A stretch of DNA of 32,000 bases from Opitutales bacterium (GCA_046881885.1 JBKSMP010000008.1:23623-55622), one strand, 5' to 3'. Positions 16,841 to 25,306 are shown, numbered from the stretch's first letter. Made by a program: numbers and translations. The notes: generated by a model not told the origin, from the letters alone.

Positions 16841-18256
16841 ATGATCTTTAATTCTATAGTTTTTGGTATATTTATAGCATGTTTTTTCTTACTGTGGCCT
16901 TTGTTTAAGCAGAAGAATACGAGCCGTTGGATATATATTATTGTAGCCTCTTTATTTTTTTATGGATGGTGGAATTGGTATTATATCTTTGTATTGATTT
17001 TTAGCGGCTTGATTGACTTTGGTGCTGCAATTTTTATTGTAAAATTAAAAAAACAATGGCACAAAAAATCATGCCTTGTTGTTTCGCTTGTTGTAAATTT
17101 GGGGTTGCTTGCAACCTTTAAATATTCTGGATTTATTGTTGAAAACCTAAATCTATTTTTATTAAAACTAGGTTATACTGGAGCTTTATTATCAATTAAT
17201 TTGCCTGAATTTTTCTTAGTTTTACCGATTGGAATAAGTTTTTATACATTTCAATCAATGAGTTATACAATAGATGTTTACAAAGGTAATTTGCAACCAA
17301 CGAAAAATATTCTGCATTTTTTTGCATTTTTGACCTTGTTTCCTCAGTTGGTTGCAGGACCCATAGAACGTGCTACGAATTTATTACCTCAAGTTGCGCA
17401 AAAGCCAAAAGATTTAAATGAAAGTGAACGTTTTCAAGCTTTGTGCTTAATTATTTGGGGATATTGTAAAAAGATGCTTTTAGCTGATAATTTAGCTCCT
17501 ATTGTTAATCAAGCTTTTGCAACCCCTTATCTTTCTAATTCTTGTTTGTTTTGGTGGGGAATAGCTTTGGGCTTTGCATTTCAAATTTATGGTGATTTTT
17601 CAGGTTATACCGATATTGCCAGAGGTTTAGCTCGATGGATGGGAATAAGCCTAATGAAAAATTTTGATTTCCCTTATTTTTCAACTAATATACAAGAATT
17701 TTGGAAACGTTGGCATATTTCTTTATCATCTTGGTTTAAAGATTACGTCTATATACCTTTGGGAGGTAGTCGAAATGGGAATATTAGAACCTATATAAAT
17801 TTATGGCTTACTTTAGGTTTGTCAGGATTATGGCATGGAGCAGGCTGGAATTTTATTTTTTGGGGATTGGCTCATGCATTTTTTTCAAGCATAGAACGTT
17901 GTTTTAAAATTTGTAGTCGATTGAAAAATATTGGTTTTGGGGGTGCTTTTACCGCATGGACTTTGACCTTTTTGCAAATTTTGATTACGTGGGTGTTTTT
18001 TAGATCGGAATCTTTATCTCAGGCTTTTAATATATTGAAAATTATGTTTTCTTTTTCAGGTTTGCATTGTTGTAAACGTGTCATTTTGTGGTGTTTCATT
18101 TTGTTAACTTTAGAAGCTGTTTATTTACTTTATGGGGAAAAAATATGTAAATTAAAAGTAAATCGCTTTGTGCAATGTATCCTATTAGCTGCTCTCTTTT
18201 GGATATGTTTATTTTTTAGAGGGCCAAGTAGTCAATTTATTTATTTCCAATTCTGA
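16841..18256 (+). CDS. MBOAT-family membrane O-acyltransferase (AlgI/DltB/PatA-like)
   Basis: 471 aa and polytopic. PIGISFYTFQSMSYTIDVYKG, FPQLVAGPIERA, and FWKRWHISLSSWFKDYVYIPLGGSR with the conserved MBOAT His. Confidence 0.85.
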   Translation: MIFNSIVFGIFIACFFLLWPLFKQKNTSRWIYIIVASLFFYGWWNWYYIFVLIFSGLIDFGAAIFIVKLKKQWHKKSCLVVSLVVNLGLLATFKYSGFIVENLNLFLLKLGYTGALLSINLPEFFLVLPIGISFYTFQSMSYTIDVYKGNLQPTKNILHFFAFLTLFPQLVAGPIERATNLLPQVAQKPKDLNESERFQALCLIIWGYCKKMLLADNLAPIVNQAFATPYLSNSCLFWWGIALGFAFQIYGDFSGYTDIARGLARWMGISLMKNFDFPYFSTNIQEFWKRWHISLSSWFKDYVYIPLGGSRNGNIRTYINLWLTLGLSGLWHGAGWNFIFWGLAHAFFSSIERCFKICSRLKNIGFGGAFTAWTLTFLQILITWVFFRSESLSQAFNILKIMFSFSGLHCCKRVILWCFILLTLEAVYLLYGEKICKLKVNRFVQCILLAALFWICLFFRGPSSQFIYFQF

Positions 18257-19176
18257 TGAAACTTTTTAAAGATAGAACATTTGTAACACTTTTTTTTGTG
18301 TTAATTTTTACACTATTAAGTTTATTGCTTCCTTTACATTCTAATGAATTAAAAAAATTAAAAGAGGATTTGTTTTGGTTAAATAAAGTTTATGGTAAGG
18401 AACAATACGATATTGTTTTGGTTGGAGATTCGAGAACCTATAAAGGTATTTCGCCTGAAATTTTAGAAAAATATTGTAAGAGTTATTCAGTCTTTAATTT
18501 TGGTTTTAGTTCTGGGCGTATTAATAGGCAGTTACTTTTAGAAGCTTATAAAAAATTAAAACCGAATGGAGCAAGAATATTTGTATTTTCTTGTACGCCT
18601 ATTGATTTAATAAATGTAAAAAACGACCACTGGTTTGATTTATATAAAGAATTAGCTTCTTTGAATAAATGGCCTGCGCAATTGTATAATCTAAAATTGA
18701 AGTTGGTACCTTGGCAAGAGCGCAAAAAACTTATAAAAGCGAAGTATAATTTTTCTAATTATTGGGAAATGTATCATAAGAAATCTGGCTGGTGTGCTTG
18801 TTGGCAAAAAGATATTTTTTATGAATCAACTTTTAAATCTTACAAGGAGCAGTTTGCTAAGCGCTCATTTAGAAAAACAGATTTGCATGATTTTTTAGGC
18901 AATTTAAAGTGGTGTAAAGAAAATAATATAAATGTTATAGCTTTTAGAATGATTTCTTGTCCAGAAATGGATATTCTTGAAGATAGATTAAGTGGATGTA
19001 ATTTTGTGGATGTAAAAAATGCTGTATTACAGCAAGGTGGAATTTGGTTGGAAAGACCTAATCATTTACAATTCCGTTCTTATGATGCTAGTCATTTAGA
19101 TTATCAATCTGCAGAAAAATTTTCAAATTGGCTAGGGAAAAAACTAAAAAAAATATTGTTTAAAATAGAAAAGTAA
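18256..19176 (+). CDS. Membrane-anchored SGNH/GDSL-like protein, probable extracytoplasmic partner of the MBOAT acyltransferase (AlgJ/X, PatB, DltD-type role)
   Basis: 306 aa. N-terminal TM anchor FVTLFFVLIFTLLSLLL. IVLVGDSRTY (block I GDS), NFGFSSG (block II Gly) and SYDASHLDY (block V DxxH). Its start overlaps the MBOAT stop (TGATG). Confidence 0.6.
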   Translation: MKLFKDRTFVTLFFVLIFTLLSLLLPLHSNELKKLKEDLFWLNKVYGKEQYDIVLVGDSRTYKGISPEILEKYCKSYSVFNFGFSSGRINRQLLLEAYKKLKPNGARIFVFSCTPIDLINVKNDHWFDLYKELASLNKWPAQLYNLKLKLVPWQERKKLIKAKYNFSNYWEMYHKKSGWCACWQKDIFYESTFKSYKEQFAKRSFRKTDLHDFLGNLKWCKENNINVIAFRMISCPEMDILEDRLSGCNFVDVKNAVLQQGGIWLERPNHLQFRSYDASHLDYQSAEKFSNWLGKKLKKILFKIEK

Positions 19177-19286
19177 TAAGTCTATTAACTATAAAAAGCT
19201 TACAATGATTTTTTATAAGAGAGATAACTCTTTTCATTTTTCAATTGACTTATCTGTAAATTAACAGTTGTATGATTGCTTAAGCT

Positions 19287-19374
19287 GGAAGGATGGCAGA
19301 GTGGACGATTGCGGCGGTCTTGAAAACCGTTAAACTGAAAGGTTTCGAGGGTTCGAATCCCCCTCCTTCCGCCA
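19287..19374 (+). tRNA. tRNA-Ser (anticodon UGA), class II with long variable arm, CCA encoded
   Basis: Hand-folded. Acceptor GGAAGGA/TCCTTCC. 3-bp D stem GCA/TGC with a GG loop. Anticodon stem GCGGT/ACCGT with loop CTTGAAA (U33-UGA-A37). 16-nt variable arm TAAACTGAAAGGTTTC. T arm GAGGG-TTCGAAT-CCCCC with one A.C mismatch. Discriminator G + CCA. Total 88 nt. Confidence 0.88.
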
Positions 19375-19390
19375 GAAAAGGACTGTAGAG

Positions 19391-20434
19391 GTGAAGACGA
19401 AAAAGATTTTAGTATTGGGTGCAAATGGTTTTATTGGTAGTACTTTGTGTGCACATTTGTTAGCAAAAACTGAACATGAAGTTTATGCTGTAGATTTAGG
19501 AACGCACAAGTTAACTCCCTGCTTAAATCATCCGAGATTTCATTTTCAAGAACTCGACTTACTGATACACAATGAAGCAATTGAGTATCTTGTGCGGAAA
19601 TGTGATATCGTTTTGCCTTTAGTCGCAATTGCAGTTCCCAATATCTATGTTACAAAGCCGCTAAGCGTATTTGAACTTGATTTTGAAGCGAATTTAAAGG
19701 TTATTCGTTGGTGTGTTAAGTACAAGAAACGTGTCCTTTTCCCTTCTACTTCTGAAGTTTATGGAATGGCGACAGACGAAGAATTTGAAGAAAACACAAC
19801 GCATTTTGTATTGGGACCTATTGAAAAACAGCGCTGGATTTATTCGTGTTGTAAGCAATTGATGGATCGTATTATTTTTGCTTACGGTTTTGAGCAAGGT
19901 CTTGATTATACCATCTTTAGACCATTCAATTTTATCGGGGCAAAGTTAGACGATATCCGAAATGATGCAGGTTCACGCGTCTTAACCCAGTTCTTACATA
20001 ATGTTTTTGCTAAAAAACCGATTGAATTAGTCGATGGCGGCCAACAAACGCGTTGTTTTATCTATATTGATGACGCTATTGATTGCTTAATTCGGATCAT
20101 TGAAAACGAAAATAATTGTGCCACACGTGGTATTTTCAATATTGGTAATCCAAACGAAAATTATTCTATCGCGCAATTGGCCCAATTTGTTGCAGAAGTT
20201 TTTGAGGAATTTGATCCAGCTTTAGCTAAAACAATTACGATAAAGACAGTAAGTGCTAATGATTATTATGGTTCGTCAGGCTATCAAGATGTTTCTCGGC
20301 GTGTACCATCTATCGCAGCTGCTCAAAATAACTTACATTGGCAACCCCATACCACATTAAAACAAGCAATTCGACATATTTTAGATTATCATCTAAATGG
20401 TAAAGATCCCGATGCTGAACGCTTAAAACAGTAA
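19391..20434 (+). CDS. UDP-glucuronic acid oxidative decarboxylase, stand-alone homologue of the ArnA C-terminal (dehydrogenase) domain; SDR superfamily
   Basis: 347 aa with a GTG start and AAAGGA 9-10 nt upstream. Colinear with my memory of E. coli ArnA residues ~316-655: ILVLGANGFIG, LNHPRFHF, LPLVAIAVP, VFELDFEANLKVIRWCVKYKKRVLFPSTSEVYGM, RWIYSCCKQLMDR, FRPFNFIG, LVDGGQQTRCF, NIGNP, YYGSSGYQDVSRRVPSI. I estimate about half the positions are identical (not computed). Confidence 0.8.
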   Translation: MKTKKILVLGANGFIGSTLCAHLLAKTEHEVYAVDLGTHKLTPCLNHPRFHFQELDLLIHNEAIEYLVRKCDIVLPLVAIAVPNIYVTKPLSVFELDFEANLKVIRWCVKYKKRVLFPSTSEVYGMATDEEFEENTTHFVLGPIEKQRWIYSCCKQLMDRIIFAYGFEQGLDYTIFRPFNFIGAKLDDIRNDAGSRVLTQFLHNVFAKKPIELVDGGQQTRCFIYIDDAIDCLIRIIENENNCATRGIFNIGNPNENYSIAQLAQFVAEVFEEFDPALAKTITIKTVSANDYYGSSGYQDVSRRVPSIAAAQNNLHWQPHTTLKQAIRHILDYHLNGKDPDAERLKQ

Positions 20435-20613
20435 ATTTAAACTATTCTCGTATATTTGAAAAAATTTTCTTTATAATTTATTTAGAGGAATAATTTTTTT
20501 AATCGCATAAAATACCCATACTTAAAAAAACTTCCTTCTGCCTTTTAAAATGAGGCGACACAAAAAACCACTTTTTTATAGACAAAACGAATTGTAGGTT
20601 TAAAATAATTGAT

Positions 20614-21090
20614 ATGGATCGATTGCACGCGTACTGGCGTTATGAATATATCGAGGCGCCTAAAACGCAAACAAGAACGCTTTTTGAAGACATTGCAAAA
20701 TCTGAAAACGATGAAGAGAACTATGTTGTTTATCGAACGCAATTGTCATACCTTGTATTAAATGCTTTTCCTTACAACGTTGGCCATTTATTAGCAATTC
20801 CCAATCGAGCTATTCGCAACTTGTCTGATCTCACTAATGAAGAACGTTCGGATTTAATGAACTTGGTCGCGTTTGCGGAAAATTTATTAAATAAAGCATT
20901 AAAACCAGACGGTTTAAATGTAGGCATTAATTTAGGTGCTGCCGCAGGAGCTGGCGTTCCTCAACATTTACATATTCATATTGTTCCACGTTGGTCCGGA
21001 GATACAAATTTTATGCCTGTCATTGGAAAGACACGTGTTTTGCCTATAGCATTACACGACATGTGGAAACGACTCACTCAATTTGTATAA
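20614..21090 (+). CDS. HIT (histidine triad) family nucleotide hydrolase/transferase
   Basis: 158 aa. VLNAFPYNVGHLLAIP and the triad GVPQHLHIHIVPRWSGDTNFMPV. The C-terminal PRW-x-GD-x-NF extension resembles the Ap4A-phosphorylase-like HIT branch (from memory). Confidence 0.75.
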   Translation: MDRLHAYWRYEYIEAPKTQTRTLFEDIAKSENDEENYVVYRTQLSYLVLNAFPYNVGHLLAIPNRAIRNLSDLTNEERSDLMNLVAFAENLLNKALKPDGLNVGINLGAAAGAGVPQHLHIHIVPRWSGDTNFMPVIGKTRVLPIALHDMWKRLTQFV

Positions 21091-21091
21091 T

Positions 21092-23371
21092 ATGATTTTT
21101 TGGAAAAAGAAAACAAAACAAGAACAAAACATTGAAAATCGTCAAAAACGTTTGATGCAAGATTTTTATACGAGTAATTTTTCGTGGAGTAAATTACTGC
21201 GTTTTAGTCTTTTCTTTGGCGTTACTTTATTTGTGGCCTTTTGGGGACAAGAACCCATACGACATCAAATTTTCATTAATCATCCTTCGAAAATTCGTTT
21301 AGTAGCTACCGTTGATTTTGAGTATGAAAGTGAACTAAAAACAAATATTCTCAAAGAACAACGCAAGCAAATGGTTGCTCCTATTTATCGAGTAGACATG
21401 AGCGCATTTAGAAAATTTTCCAGCATAATTGAATATTTAAAAGAAAAACTTGAAGCCTGTGCTACCATTAAAAACAAAGAAAATTTGGATGTTGCTTTAA
21501 ATAGTTTAGTTGAAGAATTTGATACGAAATACAGCTTTAATCTAGAAAAGACAGACTTGCAAACCTTATTAAGTATTCCAACAACCCTGCAAAGAACACG
21601 TTTACTGGATGAAAGTTTGTTTGTCCTTCAAGAGACTGTCCAACGTGGTATTTTCGATGATACAAATTTTGAACAAGCACACGAAAAAGGTTATTTTAAT
21701 ACAGATCAAGACGAATCTTTTAATCGGCTACAAAGTCGTGGCAATGCAATGCGCACGCTAAGAATGAATTTATCCGTCATGAATATTGAATATGATGTAG
21801 CGAATGCGCTCATTCATATTTTCAAGTATGGACTTGTCCCGAATCTGGTGTATGACAAAAAACGAACCCAAGAGCGTGTTAACCAATATGTTGAAAAAAC
21901 GCCTAATGTCGTTACCAAAGTTTTACGCGGAACGATTATTGTTGATAATGGTCAAATGGTTACGCCAGAAGTTTATGAAGCTTATTTAGCTTATCAAAAA
22001 AATTTGGAAAATGAGGACGTTTATCGAGCTGCTCATTCTTTACTTATGGGGAAAAAGATTTTCTTATTTACCCTCTTGTTTGCAATTTTGACGCTTATAT
22101 TAAAAATGGTGCCGACTAAGATAAACAAGACATTACATTTGCGTATTGTTACTTGCTGCTTACTGGTTTTAAACGTTGCTTTAATACGCCTCATAAATGT
22201 TTTCTGTTTTCATGCAAATTTTGGACATCAATTTGTTTTAGCTTCTTTTTCGGCATTTTTAGTTCCAACCTTTTTATCAAGCATGCTTGTTACTGCATTA
22301 ACAGATACTTTAGCAGGCTTTTTATGTACGTTTTTTATCGTAGGTGTAAAAACCTTTATTATCTTCGGAACACTAGATACGTTTCTTTTGGATCTTTTAA
22401 GCGGTATTCTTATTGTTTCCCTTTGCCGCAAAGTACGTTATAAAAAAGATCTTGTCCGTGCCGGAATTTATGGACATTTGTTACTTGCTTTGCTTGTATT
22501 TATTACGGGAAAATTCGTACAAAATTTACAGTTTGCTATCTGTGTTCAACAGGTGTTGGCAATCGCAATTAGTGGTATTTTCTCTATCTTTTTAGTGATT
22601 AATATTATTTCGGTTATGGAAAAACTTTTTCATTACACCACCGATATTACTTTTTTGGAATTAACCGATTATAATCATCCTTTATTACGCAAATTACAAT
22701 TATTGGCACCTGGGACTTATCATCACAGCTTAATGGTTGCAGCTTTGTCAGAAAAGGTTGCTAGCGAGGTAGGTGTTAATCCCTTGCTGTGTCGTTGTTG
22801 TTCTTTGTATCACGATATTGGGAAGATGATAAAACCTGAGTATTTTACAGAAAACCAAAAAGAGAATGAAAATCCCCACCAATATCAAACGCCCTCTATG
22901 AGCGCCATTATCCTCAAAAGTCACGTTAAAGAAGGTGTCGAATTGGCCAAGGCTTACAAACTACCTTGTCGTGTTATAGACGTCATAAAACAGCACCATG
23001 GGACTTCTTTAATGAAATATTTTTATAAAAAAGCAGTACTCTTAAAGGCGGAAGATGAGGAAATCGACGAAAGAATTTTCCGTTATGATGGCCCCAAACC
23101 ACAATTTAAAGAATCAGCCATTATTTCTATAGCAGATGCTGTTGAAGCAGCGAGTCGAAGTCTCGAGAAGGTAACACCACAATCTGTAAATGAATTGATT
23201 GATAAAATCATTAAAGATAAAATCGACAGCGAACAACTGAATGAATGTAGCATTACCTTGCAAGATCTGGATATTGTTCGAAAAAGCTTTCAAGTTTCGT
23301 TACTAAGCATGTTGCATGCACGTGTAAGTTACGAAGATGTAAAGATTGAAACACCAACGCCAACACCTTAA
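21092..23371 (+). CDS. 7TM-receptor HD-domain phosphohydrolase (7TMR-HDED / 7TM / HDIG architecture; PgpH/YqfF-like)
   Basis: The track start is TTG 21083. ATG 21092 lies 1 nt after the HIT stop. It has an N-terminal TM segment, a ~300-aa extracytoplasmic domain, a block of about 7 TM segments (residues ~320-520) and a C-terminal HD domain: GTYHHSLMVAAL, SLYHDIGKM (HDIG), KQHHGTS, ISIADAVEAASRS. Confidence 0.8.
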   Translation: MIFWKKKTKQEQNIENRQKRLMQDFYTSNFSWSKLLRFSLFFGVTLFVAFWGQEPIRHQIFINHPSKIRLVATVDFEYESELKTNILKEQRKQMVAPIYRVDMSAFRKFSSIIEYLKEKLEACATIKNKENLDVALNSLVEEFDTKYSFNLEKTDLQTLLSIPTTLQRTRLLDESLFVLQETVQRGIFDDTNFEQAHEKGYFNTDQDESFNRLQSRGNAMRTLRMNLSVMNIEYDVANALIHIFKYGLVPNLVYDKKRTQERVNQYVEKTPNVVTKVLRGTIIVDNGQMVTPEVYEAYLAYQKNLENEDVYRAAHSLLMGKKIFLFTLLFAILTLILKMVPTKINKTLHLRIVTCCLLVLNVALIRLINVFCFHANFGHQFVLASFSAFLVPTFLSSMLVTALTDTLAGFLCTFFIVGVKTFIIFGTLDTFLLDLLSGILIVSLCRKVRYKKDLVRAGIYGHLLLALLVFITGKFVQNLQFAICVQQVLAIAISGIFSIFLVINIISVMEKLFHYTTDITFLELTDYNHPLLRKLQLLAPGTYHHSLMVAALSEKVASEVGVNPLLCRCCSLYHDIGKMIKPEYFTENQKENENPHQYQTPSMSAIILKSHVKEGVELAKAYKLPCRVIDVIKQHHGTSLMKYFYKKAVLLKAEDEEIDERIFRYDGPKPQFKESAIISIADAVEAASRSLEKVTPQSVNELIDKIIKDKIDSEQLNECSITLQDLDIVRKSFQVSLLSMLHARVSYEDVKIETPTPTP

Positions 23372-23378
23372 CGAAAAC

Positions 23379-23888
23379 TTAAGAATTCGTTTTGGCAGGC
23401 TTATTGTTCGAAACAAAAAAGTATTCGATTCTTATTTCCAAGATAGGATTAAATGCAAATTTTCGTTTAATCGATATAGCAAAAGGCCAAGCTGGCAATT
23501 GCAATAATTTTTGCATACACGAAGAAATTTCTTCAGGGAAAGAGAAAAAAGATAAGTGGCCTTGATAAAAACGATTGTGGGCATTACAAAAGCGTGTTTT
23601 AATTTCTTCAGGAGCAAGACACCAATCGTGCGCAAAACCATCCCACGTATTTTGGTCAATTAACCCTTCCATTAAAGCCACCGTTTGTTTACGAGGAAGA
23701 CAACAGGTATTAAAATCGTTTTGTAATTGTTTATTTTTAATACTCAAATTTTCAAAGTGCGAACGTATTGTTGTTAAGCTTTTAGTTTTATATTTCAAAT
23801 CATCGCATTTTTGCTTTAAACAGATGTATTGGTGGGATAAAATCAAACTTACAATAAGCAAAAAATAAAATAATAAATTCTTTTTCAT
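23379..23888 (-). CDS. Bitopic membrane protein, unknown function (GspM/PilO-like architecture only)
   Basis: 169 aa. N-terminal anchor NLLFYFLLIVSLILSH, then a predicted coiled coil (KQKCDDLKYKTKSLTTIRSHFENLSIKNKQLQNDF) and a ~100-aa C-terminal domain. Its ATG overlaps the stop of the upstream gene (ATGA). There is no motif-level homology I can name. Confidence 0.45.
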   Translation of the reverse strand: MKKNLLFYFLLIVSLILSHQYICLKQKCDDLKYKTKSLTTIRSHFENLSIKNKQLQNDFNTCCLPRKQTVALMEGLIDQNTWDGFAHDWCLAPEEIKTRFCNAHNRFYQGHLSFFSFPEEISSCMQKLLQLPAWPFAISIKRKFAFNPILEIRIEYFFVSNNKPAKTNS

Positions 23889-25306
23889 AGAAAGCTCGAT
23901 AACAATTGTGGAAACTTATAAAGTGGTATTTGTAATTTAAAGAACGAAAGCTCTGAGGATTCATTCGTTATTTCAAAAAGAACCTTTGACGTTTGCTTAA
24001 TCCCCATTTGCTTTTCGAGTTTTCCCATTAACTCTTCTTGTAAAAGCCCGATATGATCGCTCGAAACATGTCCTTGAATATCTAAATAACTTTGCTTTTT
24101 ATGATGTAATACTTGCATACAATCCAAACAAACCTGAAAAGGTAACTCGTAAAATAATTGCAAATAAGCTACAAAAGTAGATGCCAAATAGGTTTTTGCA
24201 TAAGCTTGTTTTTCGTATTGTTTGTTTTCTGTTTTCAACACTGTAATTTGATTTTGTATCTGACACAACTTTTGGTAATTTTTTTCCAAATAATTTACGT
24301 CATTTACTCGCTTCCAAACCATTCCTGTCATGCATAAAACATAGAGCAAAAGGAGCGGTAATCCGTAGGTTCGTAAATATTTGAAAAATTGCCAATTGAA
24401 TTTACCAGACAAATGGACTTTGGAAAAATCAAAAACACTGAATTTATCCTTTTTTGCCAAATTGGTCAACAAACCTAAGAGTAAACTCTGCTCACTTGGA
24501 TTTAAATAGGATTCTACACCAAAAATTTCTGGAATTGTTTCTTCGACTTTACAAGAAAAATTTTCTACATTTTGGGTATATAAAGCCATTTTTTCTGGAC
24601 AATTTTCGCCTACAATTGTCCAGTGTTTAACCCCAGAAGGCATATTAAAACTCTGTTGTATAAATTTTTGCGTACCAAATAATTCATTCCACAAATTGGA
24701 AGATTCTTTGCCGCTTGTTCTAAAATCCAAAAAATGAAGGCCTTCTTCCGTCTTAGCAATAAAGCGACGCAACTTTTTCTCTACAAAAAGCATCATTTGG
24801 GAAGAAGGATCCGTATTAAATTTTTTATGAAAATACGCCCAATGCCCAATGAATGGTGGAAAACAATAAATCTGTTTGTCTACAAGAGGAAGCGTTTTTT
24901 CTACAAGTGGTTTGAAAAAAGACCAAAACTTGTGTGAAATTAAACTAACTGCATAACGGTATTCGCTTAATTGTAGATACTTAAAAATGCTACGATCTGT
25001 ATATAAACCAAATTCTTTATGAAGAGCTTTTGCAATTTTTTGTTTCTCATCTAATTGTGGATCTTCTTGCGTTGAAACAATAAGATTCATACAGCTCGCT
25101 TCTGGCAGAATAAAAACAATTTCCTTTTCCAGCGAATTTTCGGATAATCGTGTTAAAGCTAGAGGTAAGTTCTTCTTCCAAGTCTTCTCCTCACAACTTT
25201 CTAAAAATGTTTCGGCATTCGAAACCACAAAACTTTCACCGCGTTTTTCAACCTTAAAACAACGCAGGTTATAGTCTCTTGTATCGATAACCGAAATTTG
25301 ATGCAT
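23885..25306 (-). CDS. Bitopic protein, unknown function (GspL- or PilM-PilN-fusion-like architecture only)
   Basis: The track ORF extends to 25387 inside the upstream gene. ATG 25306 overlaps that gene's stop (TAATG) and gives 473 aa. The N-terminus MHQISVIDTRDYNLRCFKV resembles the first strand-loop of actin-like PilM/GspL cytoplasmic domains. A single TM segment, YGLPLLLLYVLCMTGMVW, lies about two-thirds along, followed by a coiled coil (LEKNYQKLCQIQNQITVLKTENKQYEKQ) and a ~100-aa C-terminal domain. Confidence 0.45.
   Translation of the reverse strand: MHQISVIDTRDYNLRCFKVEKRGESFVVSNAETFLESCEEKTWKKNLPLALTRLSENSLEKEIVFILPEASCMNLIVSTQEDPQLDEKQKIAKALHKEFGLYTDRSIFKYLQLSEYRYAVSLISHKFWSFFKPLVEKTLPLVDKQIYCFPPFIGHWAYFHKKFNTDPSSQMMLFVEKKLRRFIAKTEEGLHFLDFRTSGKESSNLWNELFGTQKFIQQSFNMPSGVKHWTIVGENCPEKMALYTQNVENFSCKVEETIPEIFGVESYLNPSEQSLLLGLLTNLAKKDKFSVFDFSKVHLSGKFNWQFFKYLRTYGLPLLLLYVLCMTGMVWKRVNDVNYLEKNYQKLCQIQNQITVLKTENKQYEKQAYAKTYLASTFVAYLQLFYELPFQVCLDCMQVLHHKKQSYLDIQGHVSSDHIGLLQEELMGKLEKQMGIKQTSKVLFEITNESSELSFFKLQIPLYKFPQLLSSFL

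Noticed and set aside
8405-18297. Homopolymeric T7-T8/A7 tracts inside glycan genes (e.g. 8405-8411, 12665-12672, 12769-12776, 14034-14041, 18290-18297) as possible phase-variation switches
   Set aside because: In roughly 20-25% GC coding DNA rich in Phe/Lys codons, such tracts are expected by composition. None exceeds 8 nt and none lies near a 5' end in a pattern typical of contingency loci. This cannot be excluded without population read data.
19200-19424. 74-aa minus-strand ORF spanning the tRNA-Ser gene
   Set aside because: It is the antisense translation of a well-folding tRNA plus flanks and is not credible as a gene.
20531-20542. CTTCCTTCTGCC resembles the tRNA-Ser 3' end CCTCCTTCCGCC (19362-19373): a possible att direct repeat bracketing the ArnA-like gene as an islet
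   Set aside because: The match is only 10/12 over 12 nt and similarity does not continue on either side. No integrase or other mobility gene lies between the copies. It is within chance expectation, so I mention it only as something a proper repeat search could revisit.
23370-23391. AACGAA...TTCGTT inverted repeat at the convergent junction of the 7TM-HD gene and the 169-aa gene, as a bidirectional terminator
   Set aside because: It has only a 6-bp AT-rich stem with a 10-nt loop and overlaps the 3' coding end of the minus-strand gene. That is too weak to call.
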